A stretch of 64,000 bases of DNA from the human T2T-CHM13v2.0 reference genome, Homo sapiens: NCBI RefSeq assembly GCF_009914755.1, contig NC_060928.1; one strand, 5' to 3'. Position 1 is the first letter of the stretch, and each line of letters opens with the position of its first letter. The notes beneath the pieces are model-generated. The model searched no databases. It saw only the letters and a list, made by a program, of their open reading frames with translations, and had not been told where the DNA came from. The position numbers were made by a program, and so were the translations under genes. This document shows positions 29,841 through 42,942 of the stretch, one piece after another.

Positions 29841-31437
29841 TCTAAGATCCCATCTTCCCAAGGCATAAAATACATGTGGGTGGGTTGAGTTCTACCAAAG
29901 GCTAAAATACCTAGCCAATATTTATATTGTTTCAATTGAGAATGCCTTTTCTTTTAAAGGGTGAAAAAATAAATGGTTTTAAGGACATGAAGGAAGTTAT
30001 ACTTTAAGTTTTTATCTAAATCTGTGATAAAATAGGCCATATAAAATGTGTGAAATTTTGAGAAACTCTTTTCAACTTACAAAGGAAAAGGAAATAGCAA
30101 GAATAACAATTATGTTTCGTAACTGTTTTTAGCTATCAGTGGCAAGATGACATTATAAAGTATTAAGAAGAACAAATAGACGTGAGGTGATTTAGCTCCT
30201 TAACGTCCTTTTGTTTACCTTATTGCCTTCCCTCTTACACACACAGACACACACATACACCCACACCCGAAGACCTGAAATCGGCTTCTACTGCTGTAGG
30301 AGCTACAGAGAGCATGGCAGTGATGCAGAGAGAAGCAAAGACCTTCTTGCTTTCAAAGGTCAAGGTCCTGGCTTAAACACTATGCTTGGAAAAAATACCA
30401 TTGAGGGGTAAAGAAGAAAGTTGGAAAACATACCAAAATGATCACTGCCAATGAGAATCTGTAAAGGGAGCCGGGCACCTGGGGATCTGAATCTGGACAC
30501 TATAGAGGCTCCAGATGTGTTAGAAAGTCTGTGAGCAGGTGAGGACTGTCTCTGCTTGCAGTCTGGTATCCTGGGTGGGGCTCTGCTTCTGTTGTATGTT
30601 AGCAGCCAACTCAAGATGGCCAAAGGGGATATCAAGAAGAGAATGGTCTGGAGACATCTTTACTAGGATTCCTGCAGCTGAGCAGCTGAGCCTCTCCATA
30701 CCCTTGAGAAAGTCATGGAAGTAAGTTGAGAAAGAGAGTGAGAGGGTAAGAGAGCAACAGAATGTGTGAGAGACAGAGAACAAGTAGACTAGAGGGGATC
30801 TGGACACTGGAATGGATAGGGACAGTGGTCCATGAGGAATGGACAATAGGATCAGATTCTCTGAGTGGGAGCACGCACCAGGGGATGCCAGTTAGGGTAG
30901 AGGCTGAACAAGGGTAAATGCCTCTCCTGAAGCTGGGAAGCTAATATATAAGAGAAAAGGCAAAGAGCCCTCACAGAGAAGAGGTAAGGGGATGAACTAT
31001 GTATATATTTATGTAGAATTGACTGAATTTTCCCTCAGTTAAGATAAAGCTTTTTTGCAACTGCCTGTAATGGCAGCTTGAGATAGACATTATATTTAAG
31101 TATAAAACAGTCAATTTACAGATTCAAATATCCAATATTTGTGTGTTGGCAAAAGACCCCGCCCCCATCCAACACACACAGTATTGCAGACTACCAACCA
31201 GGGATGTGGTCACTCATGCAGTGGGTTCTCATCCTGTATGGAGAGGAGCTGTTCCATAGAGAAGGGTTTGAGAGCAGGCTGCATGGAAAGCCTGGGTGAA
31301 ACTGTGACTGAGGAAACCCCACCCAAGTGTTCTCACCTTCTTCAGGAGGCATGGAAAGGCTCCTAGCTCAAGAGTTGTAGCCTGCTTTGGTGACACAGAG
31401 CATAGCCAGTCCTTATATTTCCTGCCAATGCTTCTAG

Positions 31438-31641
31438 GGCACAGCACTATTGACATTTTGGAGTGGATAATTTTTTGTTATTGGAGACTATTCTGCATAT
31501 TCTAGAAAGTTAAGTAGCATTGTGGCCTCTACTAACTAAATGCCGGCAGTGTCCTCATTTACAGTTGTGACAAGGGAAACTGCCTCCAGACGTTGATAAA
31601 TGCGCCCTGAGGGGCAAAATTCACCTCTGATTGAACCACTG
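31438..31641 (-). mobile_element. MER20
   Basis: gcactattgacattttgg...agttgtgacaa...ctccagac...gaggggcaaaat...ttgaaccactg. Confidence 0.85.
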
Positions 31642-31693
31642 TTCTAGAATATAAATTCTTTACTATATAAATGTCTCCTTGACTATAATATAG

Positions 31694-31742
31694 AAAACGA
31701 AAGCATCAGCATTCTGTAGATATGACAGGCAGCCCGACGAAG
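31694..31742 (+). other. Candidate short (first?) exon
   Basis: TATATAAA at 31664-31671; strong donor AAG|GTAAGA at 31742/31743; several retained CpGs; acceptor weak. Confidence 0.35.
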
Positions 31743-32661
31743 GTAAGATACAAGAGATGTGATAAAGGCTGTGAGGAAAATGGAAAAATGCCAGGCAAGT
31801 GAATTTTGGAGGATTGGCTTTTAGCATTTTTACTTACATTTTTATTTTTTGAATCAGACCTAAGTAAGTGTCATTGAAATTCAAGACCTTGCTCTGGAAA
31901 ACTATTGAATATATTCTGAGAGCAGCTTTCTCTTTTACCTAAAATATTGCCTTTCATCTTTCTTTATACATCCTATTTCCCAAGCACTTAATCACATTTA
32001 TTGCTCACCTTTGGACTGTCTCCAAAGTTTGCATGTCTGGGTAAAGTCTGGGGATGCTGATAAAGAAAACAAAAGGTGAAAGAAGAGTGAGGAGATCAGA
32101 GGAATTTCTGAACTGGAGTAAGATATCAGAAAATTTTAATAAGTGCTATAGTGAAGTAAGGGATTTTCAAGGAAGAAGGATAAAAAATTGATTGAGGAGA
32201 CTCCTTGCATTTCATCTTGAATTTTAATAAGATCTAGTAGTGCAACATTGTGACTTAAAAGTTTTGAGATGGAGTAAAGAAATAATCTACAAAATATTAT
32301 AAAATTAATATGAGTAAGTAGACAATAAGCCAGGAAACAATTACTCTGCTGTCACACTTATTTATTATACTGATTTTACTCTTAAGCAGAGTTTTATTTA
32401 GGTTTCAGAGTAAAAGAATCATATAAATCTTTCATTCTCAGGGAAACTGAGATTCATGATAGATGTACTTCCTCTATGCCCTGAAACTTGATTCCACAGT
32501 TCCAAGGCTTATGTGCAGTTTACTCTGGCACTATTTTATGTTGTCACACTCACAAAGCCTCCATAGTTTTAATAATTTGGATGATTTATAGGTTTGGGTA
32601 TGAAAAGCTCAGTGTCATCATCATGTTCTCCAAGTCCCTAACTTATCTTTTTCCTCTTTAG

Positions 32662-32752
32662 GATTTGTGCCTATAATTAATTCAGCAACTTTAACGGCAA
32701 AATGTTTGCCTTATAATGAGATCCCCAGTGACACGAAAAGCCCATTTTTCAG
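32662..32752 (+). other. Candidate internal exon (91 nt), gene unidentified
   Basis: Branch point CTAAC (32638-32642), pyrimidine tract, tAG acceptor, CAG|GTAAGA donor; one open frame (FVPIINSATLTAKCLPYNEIPSDTKSPFF). Confidence 0.55.
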
Positions 32753-33909
32753 GTAAGACGAAAATTGGTATTTCTTCCTTCGCCAGAGAGCTAATCTAAG
32801 AACAGGATTCAATCCATGGTTATATCAGGGTAACTGATCAAGTCCCAACAGTGCATGCTAAAATGAGGCTGGACTTACACTGCCGCTCTTTTCAGCTGAA
32901 AAACATGAAAGTGATTTTGGCCTTTTTATTATCCACCATGTGCTGTTGCCTGCCTTCTCCTAGAGTGGTTTTCTAGGCTGGGGATTTCACTTGTTTCACA
33001 TTTCATATATCATGACTTATCTAAGTATCCAGTGCCTAAAACTTCTGCTACACTGGTCAAACAAAGAGCTCTGGGGCAGGAATACCCTTCACTTACTTAA
33101 TGTTTCATTATCCTGGAGATGCAGCACTGAGGGTTTTAATTTTCTTTCATTTTCTTTATTTTATTTTTAGCATGAATTAGCTGAGATCACTTGCCTACCA
33201 GATGTGTCTCCAACAATTTATTATAAGACATTTCTATTATTTTTTCTTGAAATTATTATTGATGTTTGCTGTGAAGGTATTTTTTAAAGCCGATGCTGTG
33301 AAAGCATCTGGTTAAGTTAGCTAGGCTGGTTCAAGAGGTGATTCTAAGGCTCATTAACTCAGCACTCCCATCATCCAATAATGGGCACCCTAGAGTAACT
33401 GTGGAAGAAATGAACACAGTGCTTCCTGCCTGGTGCCTTTATGGAGAAATGTTTTAAAATCAATTTATGAAAGACTGCTTAAAAAGTGTTATTGTTTACC
33501 TGCTATTTGCATATTCCAGGGTTTTTATAAATGTTTTGGGTACCGAGAAAATAAAGTTGTTATGTATCCCATAAACCTTACCCACCAAAAACATTTTAAG
33601 GAAAAGCTTAACTGTAAAACAGAATGACTCATTTCACTGAGGAATAGGCTGACATTTTAGTGACTTGTCATAAATAGTGCAGTGGGACTAAGTAAACTGA
33701 GTTTAATGATGAGTTTTACAAGGTAGTTTGTTCCTTCTTCTTCTTGGGCTCAATGACCTTTTCCCGAGAGAGAGGTATTTATGGGAAATCTACATCTCTC
33801 TTTTATATTCTTCCAAACTGTTAGTTCACTAACTAGGAGCAGAGGAGACAAGGGAGAATAAAATAAAAAAAAATACAGAGAGAATGAGAGTGAGCAAAGG
33901 AGAGGAGAC

Positions 33910-33917
<8 letters not shown>

Positions 33918-33952
<35 letters not shown>
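33918..33952. repeat. (GA)n microsatellite
   Basis: Seen directly. Confidence 0.95.
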
Positions 33953-33955
<3 letters not shown>

Positions 33956-34229
33956 CTTTTACCAAGTGAAAGAAAGAAACAGTACCTTTGCCTCCTTGGA
34001 AGGAAAAAAATTAGATTTAGAATTTGGAGGCTGAGGGGATTATTAGCAGTAAACCAGTGTAATGGGGGAACTTTGAGTCTCCTTCCACACCCCATTACTC
34101 TTCAGTAATTATACTACCAGCCACACGGTGGCTTGGCTCAAAACCCAAACAGCTTTCTTGGTTACTCACTTTCCTTCACTCCCTTTACCTCCTGTCCTCC
34201 CACTCCACTTCCCACCTCTACTGCTACTT

Positions 34230-34480
34230 ATTTTGCATCCATCAACTTTCAAGCTATATCCTGTCTATCTTAATGGAATACTCTTGTCCTAACCACCATC
34301 ATGTTTTCCTTGGACTGCCAAAAATGGCATCTTGATTTGTTTTACTGCTCTTATTCTTGTGGCTTGCAGCACATCTTCCAAAGTGCAGCGAAAGGGATCT
34401 CTGTCAAGCTAATTCTTGCCATGTTATTCCCCTGCATTAAACAATCAAAAGACTTTTCTATGCATTTAGAATAAAGGCCT
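34230..34480 (+). mobile_element. L2 fragment
   Basis: accaccatcatgttttccttggactgc...gcagcgaaagggatct...gcatttagaataaa. Confidence 0.65.
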
Positions 34481-34708
34481 TAGGTGACTTTTAAACATCA
34501 AACATTATCATATTATATTATATTATGGATATACACAATATGTATGTGATAGATAGCAGGTCTCAGGGAACACTATTAGTGAAATATTCAATTTTATAGA
34601 TTTATTTCCCAGACACTGTCTAGAAATGAGAGTTGATTAAAATATCTTGTTATGCTAATGAGCAGAAATCTTAAGATGTTTCTTATAGTACATGATGAAT
34701 CTTTTTTA

Positions 34709-34953
<245 letters not shown>

Positions 34954-35184
34954 AAGTTTCTCTGATTGTATCTTACAGGGTGTTTATTCATTCAGTCATT
35001 TAAACAATTATTTGAATTCGTAGAGACCTGGCTGTGTGCCAGGCATTGAGCTAAAAGTTGAGATAAAAGAAATAATATTAGACTGGAAGGATCCATGTGT
35101 CCAACGTGGGCATATTTATGAATAGCAAGTTTTTAGATGTATATTTATACTAAACTGATTCTTGTCACAACAGAGCAACAATAA

Positions 35185-35354
35185 TAATAAAATAATAGTA
35201 ATCATAACCATTTTGGTTAACATTTATTTATAGCCTTTTTGTCACTGGCATTATATTAAGATCTTTATATACACTATCAACTGCACACTCATAGTTGCCC
35301 ATGAGGTTGGTACTATTATTATTATGTCCATTTTACAAATGAGAAAATGGTTTT
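35185..35354 (-). mobile_element. MIR (continues at about 38047-38125 after the L1 insertion)
   Basis: tactattattattatgtccattttacaaatgagaaaat then gtgacttggcaatgtgacacagctag. Confidence 0.75.
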
Positions 35355-35410
35355 AGAAGTGACTTGGCAATTGTCTATTCATGTCCTTAGCCCATTTTTT
35401 GATGGGATTG

Positions 35411-35728
35411 TTTTTTTTTTTTTCTTTTCTTTTTTTTTTTTTTTTTTTGATATGGAGTTTTGCTCTTGTTTCCCAGGCTGGAGTGCAATGGCGTGATCTT
35501 GGCTCACTGCAACCACTGCCTCCTGGGTTCAAGCAATTCTCCTGCCTCCCTCCTGAGTAGCTGGGATTACAGGCATGTGCCACCACGCCCAGCTAATTTT
35601 GTATTTTTAGTAGAGACGGGGTTTCTCCATGTTGATCAGGCTGGTCTCGAACTCCTGACCTCAGGTGATTCACCCACCTTGGCCTCCCAAAGTGCTGGGA
35701 TTACAGGTGTGAGCCACCGCACCCAGGC
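35411..35728 (-). mobile_element. AluSq/Sp-like nested in the L1
   Basis: ggagttttgctcttgtt, long T tail; L1 resumes at ttgtttttttcttactg. Confidence 0.95.
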
Positions 35729-37528
35729 TTGTTTTTTTCTTACTGACTTGTTTAAGTTCATTGTAGAGTCTGGATATTAGTCCTTTGTCAGATATATAGA
35801 TTATAAAGATTTTCTCCCACTCAGTGGGTTGTCTGTTTACTCTGCTGACTGTTCCTTTTGCTATGCAAAAGCTCTTTAGTTTAATTAGGTCCCAGCTATT
35901 TACCTTTGTTTTTATTGCATTTGCTTTTGGGTTCTTGGTCGTGGAATCCTTGCCTAAGCCAATGTCTAGAAGGGTTTTTCCAATGTTATCTTCTAGAATT
36001 TTTATAGTTTCAGGTCTTAGGTTTAAGTTCTTAATCCATCTTGAGTTGATTTTTGTATAGGGTAAGAGATGAGGATCCAGTTTTATTCTCCTACATGTGG
36101 CTAGCCAATTATCCCAGCATCATTTGTTGAAAAGGGTGCCCTTTCCCCACTTTATGTTTTTGTTTGCTTTGTTGAAGATCAGTTGGCTGTAGGCATTTGG
36201 TTTTATTTCTGGGTTCTCTATTCTGTTCCACTGGTCTATGTGCCTATTTTTATACCAGTACCATGCTGTTTTGGGGAGAACGGTCTTATAGTATAGTTTG
36301 AAATCAGGTAGTGTGATGGCTCCAGATTTGCTCTTTTTGCTTAGTCTTGCTTTGGCTATGCGGGCTCTTTTTTTGGTTCTATATGAATTTTAGAATTGTT
36401 TTTTTCTAATTCTATGAAGAATGATGGTGGTATTTTGATGGGGATTGCATTGAATTTGTAGATAGCTTTTGGCAGTATGGTTATTTTCCCAATATTGATT
36501 CTATCCATCCGTGAGCACGGGATGTGTTTCCATTTGTTGTGTCATCTATGATTTCTTTTAGCAGTGTTTTGTAGTTTTCCTTGTAGAGGTCTTTCACTTC
36601 CTTGGTTAGGTGTATTCCTAAGTTTTTTTTTTTTTTTGCAGCTATTGTAAAAGGGGTTGAGTTCTTGATTTGATTCTCTGCTTAGTCATTGTTGGTGTAT
36701 AGAAAAGCTACAGATTTGTATACATTAATCTTGTATCAGAAACTTTGCTGAATTCTTTTATCAGTTCTGGAGCTTTCTGGAGGAGTCTTTAGGGTTTTCA
36801 AGGTAAACGATCACATCGTCAGCAAACAGTGAAAGTTTGACTTCCTCTTTACTGATTTGGATGCACTTTATCTCTTTCTCTTGTCTGATTGCTCTGGCGA
36901 GGGACTTCCAATACTATGTTGAAGAGGAGTGGTGAGAGTGGGCATCCTTGCCTTGTTCCAGTTGGCAGAGGGAATGATTTCAACTTTTCCCCATTTAGTA
37001 TTATGTTGGCTGTGGGTCTGTCATAGATAGCTTTTAATACATTAAGGTATGTCCCTTGTATGCTGATTTTGCTGAGAGTTTTAATCATAAAGGGATGCTG
37101 GATTCTCGAAAGAAGATAACAAATGGCCAACAAACGTATGAAAAAATGCCAACATCACTAATGATCAGAGAAATGCAAATCAAAACCACAATGTGATACC
37201 ACCTTACCCCTGGAAGAAAGGCCATAATAAAAAAGCCAAAAAACAGTAGATGTTGGCATGGCTGTGGTGAACATGGAACACTTCTACATTGCTGGTGGGA
37301 ATGTAAACTGGTACAACCACTATGGAAAACAATGTGGAGATTCCTCAAAAAACTAAAAGTAGAACTACCATTTGATCCAGCAATCCTACAACTGGTTATC
37401 TACCCAGAAGAAAAGAAGTCATTATTCAAAAAAGATACTTGCACATGCATGTTTATAGCAGCACAATTCACAATTGCAAAGTCATGGAACCAACCCAAAT
37501 GCCCAATCAATGAGTGGATAAAGAAACT

Positions 37529-37532
<4 letters not shown>

Positions 37533-37596
<64 letters not shown>

Positions 37597-37605
37597 TACA
37601 TATAT
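37533..37605. repeat. (TA)n(CA)n compound microsatellite within the L1 3' region
   Basis: Seen directly. Confidence 0.95.
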
Positions 37606-38396
37606 GATAGAATACTATGCAGCCATAAAAAGGAATGAATAACAGCATTTGTAGGGACCTGGATGTGATTGGAGACTATTATTCTAAGTCAAGTAACTCA
37701 GGAATGGAAAACCAAACATCCTATGTTCTTACTGATATGTGGAAGCTAAACAATGAGGATGCCAAGCCAAAAGAATGATACAATGGACTTTGGGGACTTG
37801 GGGGGAAGGGTGAGAGAGGGGCAAGGGATAGATAAACGTATAAAATAAAAGTCTGCAAAATTAGAAAAAAAGTGAAGTAGTTTTAGGAAGACAGCCAATT
37901 TATTATACATATTTTCCCTTTAATATATGTACACAATACTGATATAGTAGTAAATATCTATATCTATGTTGAAATAAATCAAGAGTTTTACCAATAAAGA
38001 TAAAATAAAAAATCTAAGTGATAAAAAAAAGAAGTGACTTGGCAATGTGACACAGCTAGAAGTGTCTGAGTGATTTCTATCCCAGTTTCTTCATACTCTA
38101 AAGACTGACCCTAAGCCATTATATATAATAACAAGTGAGAATTAGAAAGGTAGGACAAGAAATTACAATCGTTTGCATCTACCTCTCTGTTATGATTGTC
38201 ATTCAAAATAAAATAGGCCATTTCTTTTAATAAAAAGACAAACCAAAACTGTTATCTCAAGGAAATTTTCCTTGAGAAAGATAGACCTTCTTGTAAAACC
38301 ACATGGAAAAGTTTACAGTGCTCATCATAACCAGGAAACATGACAGATCCTGAGAACAAGATATCATTTAGTTTGCTGGTAAGGCAGCAATGAAAC

Positions 38397-38804
38397 GGCT
38401 ATGGTTTGAATATGCGTCCCCTCAAAATTCATGTTGAAGCTTGATTCCCAAACAGTATCAAGAGATGAAGCCTTTAGAAAGTGATTAGGCCATGAGCGCT
38501 CATGGATGGGGTTAGGACCTTGTGAAAGGGCTAGAGGGGACACGTTTGCCCCTCCCATCTCTTTCGCCTGTCCACTCTTCCACCATGGGAAGACACAGCA
38601 TTTGTTCCGAGCAACAAGTCACCAACGTGGAAGCAGACAGGGCCCTTACTAGATATGGAATCTGCCAGTGGCTTGATCTCAGACTTCCTAACCTCCAGAA
38701 CTGTGAGAAATACAATGAGAAATACTGTACAGAAATACATTTCTGCTGTTATAAATTCCTCAGTCTGTGGTATTTTGTTACAGCAGCAGAAGTGGACTGA
38801 GACA
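38397..38804 (+). mobile_element. MST/MLT1A-type MaLR solo LTR
   Basis: gctatggtttgaat...aaaattcatgttgaa...ctccagaactgtgagaaat...gactgagaca; perfect 5-bp TSD GAAAC at 38392-38396 and 38805-38809. Confidence 0.92.
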
Positions 38805-38946
38805 GAAACCTATTGGCTTTCCATAAGCTATATTGTTATAAGGATTTCTCTTTAGTAAGCAGTAAAGCAAGTACCAAAATAGGAAACTCTGCTTTAAGAC
38901 TTCCACAAAGAGAATTTTTATTGGATGAAGCTGCAATATCTTACAC

Positions 38947-39142
38947 CAGGGTTCCTGAACCTCAACATTATTGACAGTTTGGGTTGGATAATGCTGTGCT
39001 GTCAGGAGCTATTCTGTGCATTGTTCTGAGAACAACATATCATTTAGTTTGGATATTTATCAGCATCCCTGGCTTCTACCAACTAAGCCCTTTCTCCTTA
39101 CCCCCAACAAGGTGGGACAACAACAAATGCCCCCAGACATTG
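38947..39142 (-). mobile_element. MER20 (partial)
   Basis: cagggttcctgaacctcaacattattgaca...cagcatccctggcttctacc...ccagacattg. Confidence 0.8.
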
Positions 39143-39924
39143 AGTATACAATTTGTATTCTTGTTGCAGAGGTCACACATCCATTGCAAACACATTCCCT
39201 GTGGCTTCTGTTTCTGATACTTATATTGAATGCCCTGAAACAAAGTGTTCAAAAAGCAAATGAGTTACACAAATGAGAAGATGGTGCATTACCTAAGATA
39301 TTCTTCTTTTGATGAAACAGAAGACACACATCATAAATAAGTGCAATGGCACTCAGGAAGAAGATGAATTGGCTATTTTGTCATAAATTTACCACTAAAT
39401 CATAGAATTGAAGCAGGAGTTTCTTGGACTTACACAGATTTATCCATGAGGGCTACAGTACAGGTGCTATCTTAAATTGCATAACATGTCAATAGACAAA
39501 AACCTAATTAATCTGACATCATTGTATTCAAAAGAATATGGAAGTCACAGCAATTATTGTTTACCAGAGGACAAGATGCCCCCAAATTGTACTCTTACAA
39601 AATACTAAGAAATCTCAATTGCAAATCTATTTTCCCTTGGTTTTAACAGGTTTATGTATCAACTTTGTAAGCTTCAGCATTATTTATTAGAATTTTATAT
39701 TAGTCCATTTTGGGTTTTTAATGTGATAGCCACTTCAGATCCCACTGAGCTGTAGTTTATGATGTATATTTCAAATGTTTTATTCACTAATTTGCCTCCT
39801 GAGAAGGCATTTCATTTTCAGCTGGCTTTGGAGATGAGAGGTAGGGGCAGAGAAGCTAACTGTTCCCAGCTGTCCATGGCTCCACAAAATCCTTTAGCAT
39901 CCAACAACTAGAAAGTCTTTTCAC

Positions 39925-40044
39925 TATATATATATATACACACATATATATATATATATATACACATATATATATATACACACATATATATATATACACA
40001 CATATATATATACACATATATATATATACACATATATATATATA
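39925..40044. repeat. (TA)n/(TATATACACA)n compound microsatellite
   Basis: Seen directly. Confidence 0.95.
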
Positions 40045-40543
40045 AAAGAAGCAATATTGGTCATTCATAATTCCTTAACTCTCACAAGAATTCATGTGAA
40101 AACACATATATTAGTTCTTTTATTTTAGATGGTATAGGCACTGCTTTTAATAGCATATATATCTCATCCTGGTTTATTATCATTGTAATCTCAAAAGACC
40201 CGTCTCTGGTAATTAACTTTGTTAATGAAGACTTGTTCAATGAAATAATTAATAAATAATCTATGTTTGTTCCTGAGGACCCAATCTATGCATTTCAAAC
40301 TAGTCTTTCAAATCTTAAAATTAAACTTGTATAGTAGATCACTTGGATTCTCGTTTACCCTTTTCAATATAATTTTAAATTCAACTATAGGTAAAAGGTG
40401 AACGTCCTCAAATTCCAAAATTCTTACCAGATATTGTGTCTGGGAGCTAATTTATTATTTACAGTATCTCAACTGATAGATTTGATCTATCTTATTTTGT
40501 ATGACCAATCTTCATGGCCATGAAAATAACAGTGGAGGCCATA

Positions 40544-41513
40544 CAGCAGGTCCTCAAACAACATCATTTCTTATGACATCGATAAGAAAAAATATTGAAT
40601 TTTACCTGGGGCCACTGTCTTGTGGAGTCTACACAGTCGCTCCATGTCAGTGTGGATTTTCTTTGGGTATTTCCGTTTCCTCCCACATCCCAAAGCTGTG
40701 CACGTTAAATGAACTGGAGTGTCTGATGTGCCTGAGTGATGTGGGTGTGTCTGACTGAGCCCTGCAATGGAATGGTGTCCTGTCCAGAGTTGGTGTCTAC
40801 ACTGTGCCCTGAGAAGCCAGGATAGGATCTGGCCACCCAGAACCCTGAACTGGAATAAGAAGATAAATAATTATCTTAGTTGTTTGGATTAATCATTCTT
40901 AAGTGTATATATAGCCTACACTTAGTTAATATTCAATATTAGAAGTGTTTTGTCTTTATTTAGAAGTGTCAACAGCTCCAGCTGGCTTACAGAGACTGCG
41001 CACAAAATGTCTAAATGACTTGGTGCTCAACAGTTCACCTTTTGATATAAAGAACCAAATTCCACGTCATTTTAATGTCAAAACCCTGTCCCAAAGTGAA
41101 TGGGATGCTCTACATATATGTTAACTCATTGTGCAAGCACTAGACTTTGTCCATGAATATTCATATAACATTGCCCAAGCCTGAGGAATGTACATGTAAG
41201 AGAGACCCTGGAAGGCTTAACTGCTGCTACCTCCTTCCCTTCTACGGAGTATATGCCACCTTCCCAGGAGGCTACAGTTCCCAATCTGCAGATTGTTACT
41301 CTGAAAAGAAAGTTCTTCCCTTTCTTATTCCTCTGTAGATTTCATGGTCATTTTGTTAGCAGAAGTTTGGTGATGTTTTGTGACCAGAATTATGCTGGGA
41401 ACATAATTTTTGTTTATAACAATTAGCCTGTGGTAAAATTAGTTATGTTATATGTTGTTTCACTTAAAGTCACAGTTTCCAAGGAGCTATCCACGATAAG
41501 TGAAGACTTACTG
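40544..41513 (+). mobile_element. MER6-type TcMar-Tigger element split by an LTR
   Basis: TA-cagcaggtcctc...gacttactg-TA; internal ggggccactgtct and gtttcctcccacatcccaaag. Confidence 0.88.
40967..41361 (+). mobile_element. ERV1-class solo LTR (MER39/MER34 group)
   Basis: TG...CA ends; 4-bp TSD GAAG (40963-40966, 41362-41365); tcattttaatg...cccaaagtgaa motif; host MER6 resumes after it. Confidence 0.8.
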
Positions 41514-41839
41514 TAGTTATTAGACTGGTTATTGACTGTTTCAGTCTTTAAAAGTAGCTAAAATCATCCCATAAGTCCTCTGAAAAATCCTATTCAGCCT
41601 ATGATATTTTTGAAAAATGTGGTAGATCTTAGATTTCCAATTCAATTTTAGTTGTCACTGAAATTTAAGTATCCATAGTTTTAAGTGCCCATAATTAACT
41701 TTTTATATTTTTTCATCTATTATTCCTAGGATTTTTAGGAACTTCACTTACTGATATTTGAAATAGTAAAGTCATGATGCTGTTATTCCCTGCAGCTACC
41801 TTATTTTTAGTAGTTTCTCTTGACATCTTTTAAATAGGA

Positions 41840-42470
41840 CTTCATCTTCAAAATTGAATGCATCATTGTGCTCTCTTCAAAGTAACTTTTTTCTCATACA
41901 TTTTGTCTACAATGACACTAGTTTGAAACCTCTGAAAACTTAGATCTTTTAATTATCTTTGAGGCTTGTCTTCCTTCATTACCCATACTCAATGTCACTG
42001 ATCCTGACAATATCTACATTCGACTACTTCTCAGATAATTAAAATAACAACAAATACTATTCCTCCTGCAGGTCTGGTTTTAATACAGGCACTCTTTCTA
42101 CTGTGACAGCCAATCAATTAATCTCCCCACTTACATTCTTTCCCCAATTAGGCTGATGTTACATACTGTTACCAGTTCTATTTCTTGAAATATCTGCCTT
42201 CATGTTACCTTTATGCTTCTGAAACCTCTAGTCATTCCCTACTGCATACAAGATAAAATCTAAACCCTGACGTCTAACATTCAAAGCCTATCATAATCTG
42301 TCATTTGCTACCATTTCACACATAGTCCTCAAAATATTGAAGGGAACTAACAATTCCATTCCCAGTAGGTGAACATTTTTACTGTCCATAAAATACATTG
42401 CACCATCTACTTTTCATACAAGTTGACCTCCCATCTCACATCTCAAACCTTGCTTTATTCTTTTGAAAAA
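41840..42470 (+). mobile_element. L2 fragments
   Basis: Degenerate L2 motifs (caaaattgaa, agataaaatctaaaccctgac...attcaaagcc). Confidence 0.55.
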
Positions 42471-42942
42471 TTAACAAATATCACTGTTCGATCTCTTAAC
42501 TATTTTATATCAATAAATTTCCTACAAATATATTATGTAGTGGGGCTGTGGAGATTTCAAACTAATTTATTATATTCTTCAACGGGCTTTTAGATAGCTG
42601 GGGTAGCAAGGAAATGTGGAATTAAGTGCTACATTGTTTGGTTTACTCTGTAAATTTTGCAGTAGTTGAAAGCATAAGTATCTAGTACTTGTTTAGGTAT
42701 GGCACGTGTTTTCTTTTTTAATAAATGGTTTTTTTTAGCTTCTGAAAGAATAGGCACTGTCTTCTATTTCTGTGAATATGCCTGTTTGCATCTTCTTCAC
42801 AGGGTTACATGGAAGATTGAGAAAAACTTTATTCAATGAACTTGCAGAGTTGAGAAGGAGGGTGCTTTTTCTTAGCAAAACTGTAGGTGAATTAGAAATC
42901 TTTACCCCTCACAAGCAAGGCCTGAGAGCATGATTAGCAAGT

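Larger units (their letters stand above)
35372..38029 (+). mobile_element. 5'-inverted (twin-primed) L1PB1-type insertion: inverted part 35372-37104, sense part 37102-37830, non-L1 tail to 38029
   Basis: Perfect 17-bp TSD AGAAGTGACTTGGCAAT at 35355-35371 and 38030-38046; the two parts are contiguous in L1 coordinates. Confidence 0.92.

Noticed and set aside
30270-31080. Purine-rich segment with several 60-108 aa ORFs, possibly an ancient LTR
   Set aside because: I could not assign a family, termini or TSD, and the ORFs show no coding signature.
39866-39888. REST/NRSE-like motif (agctgtccatgg)
   Set aside because: Only one half-site matches; the TGCTGAA half is absent.
39856-40068. Repetitive YI/CV ORF
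   Set aside because: It is a translation of a TA/CA microsatellite.
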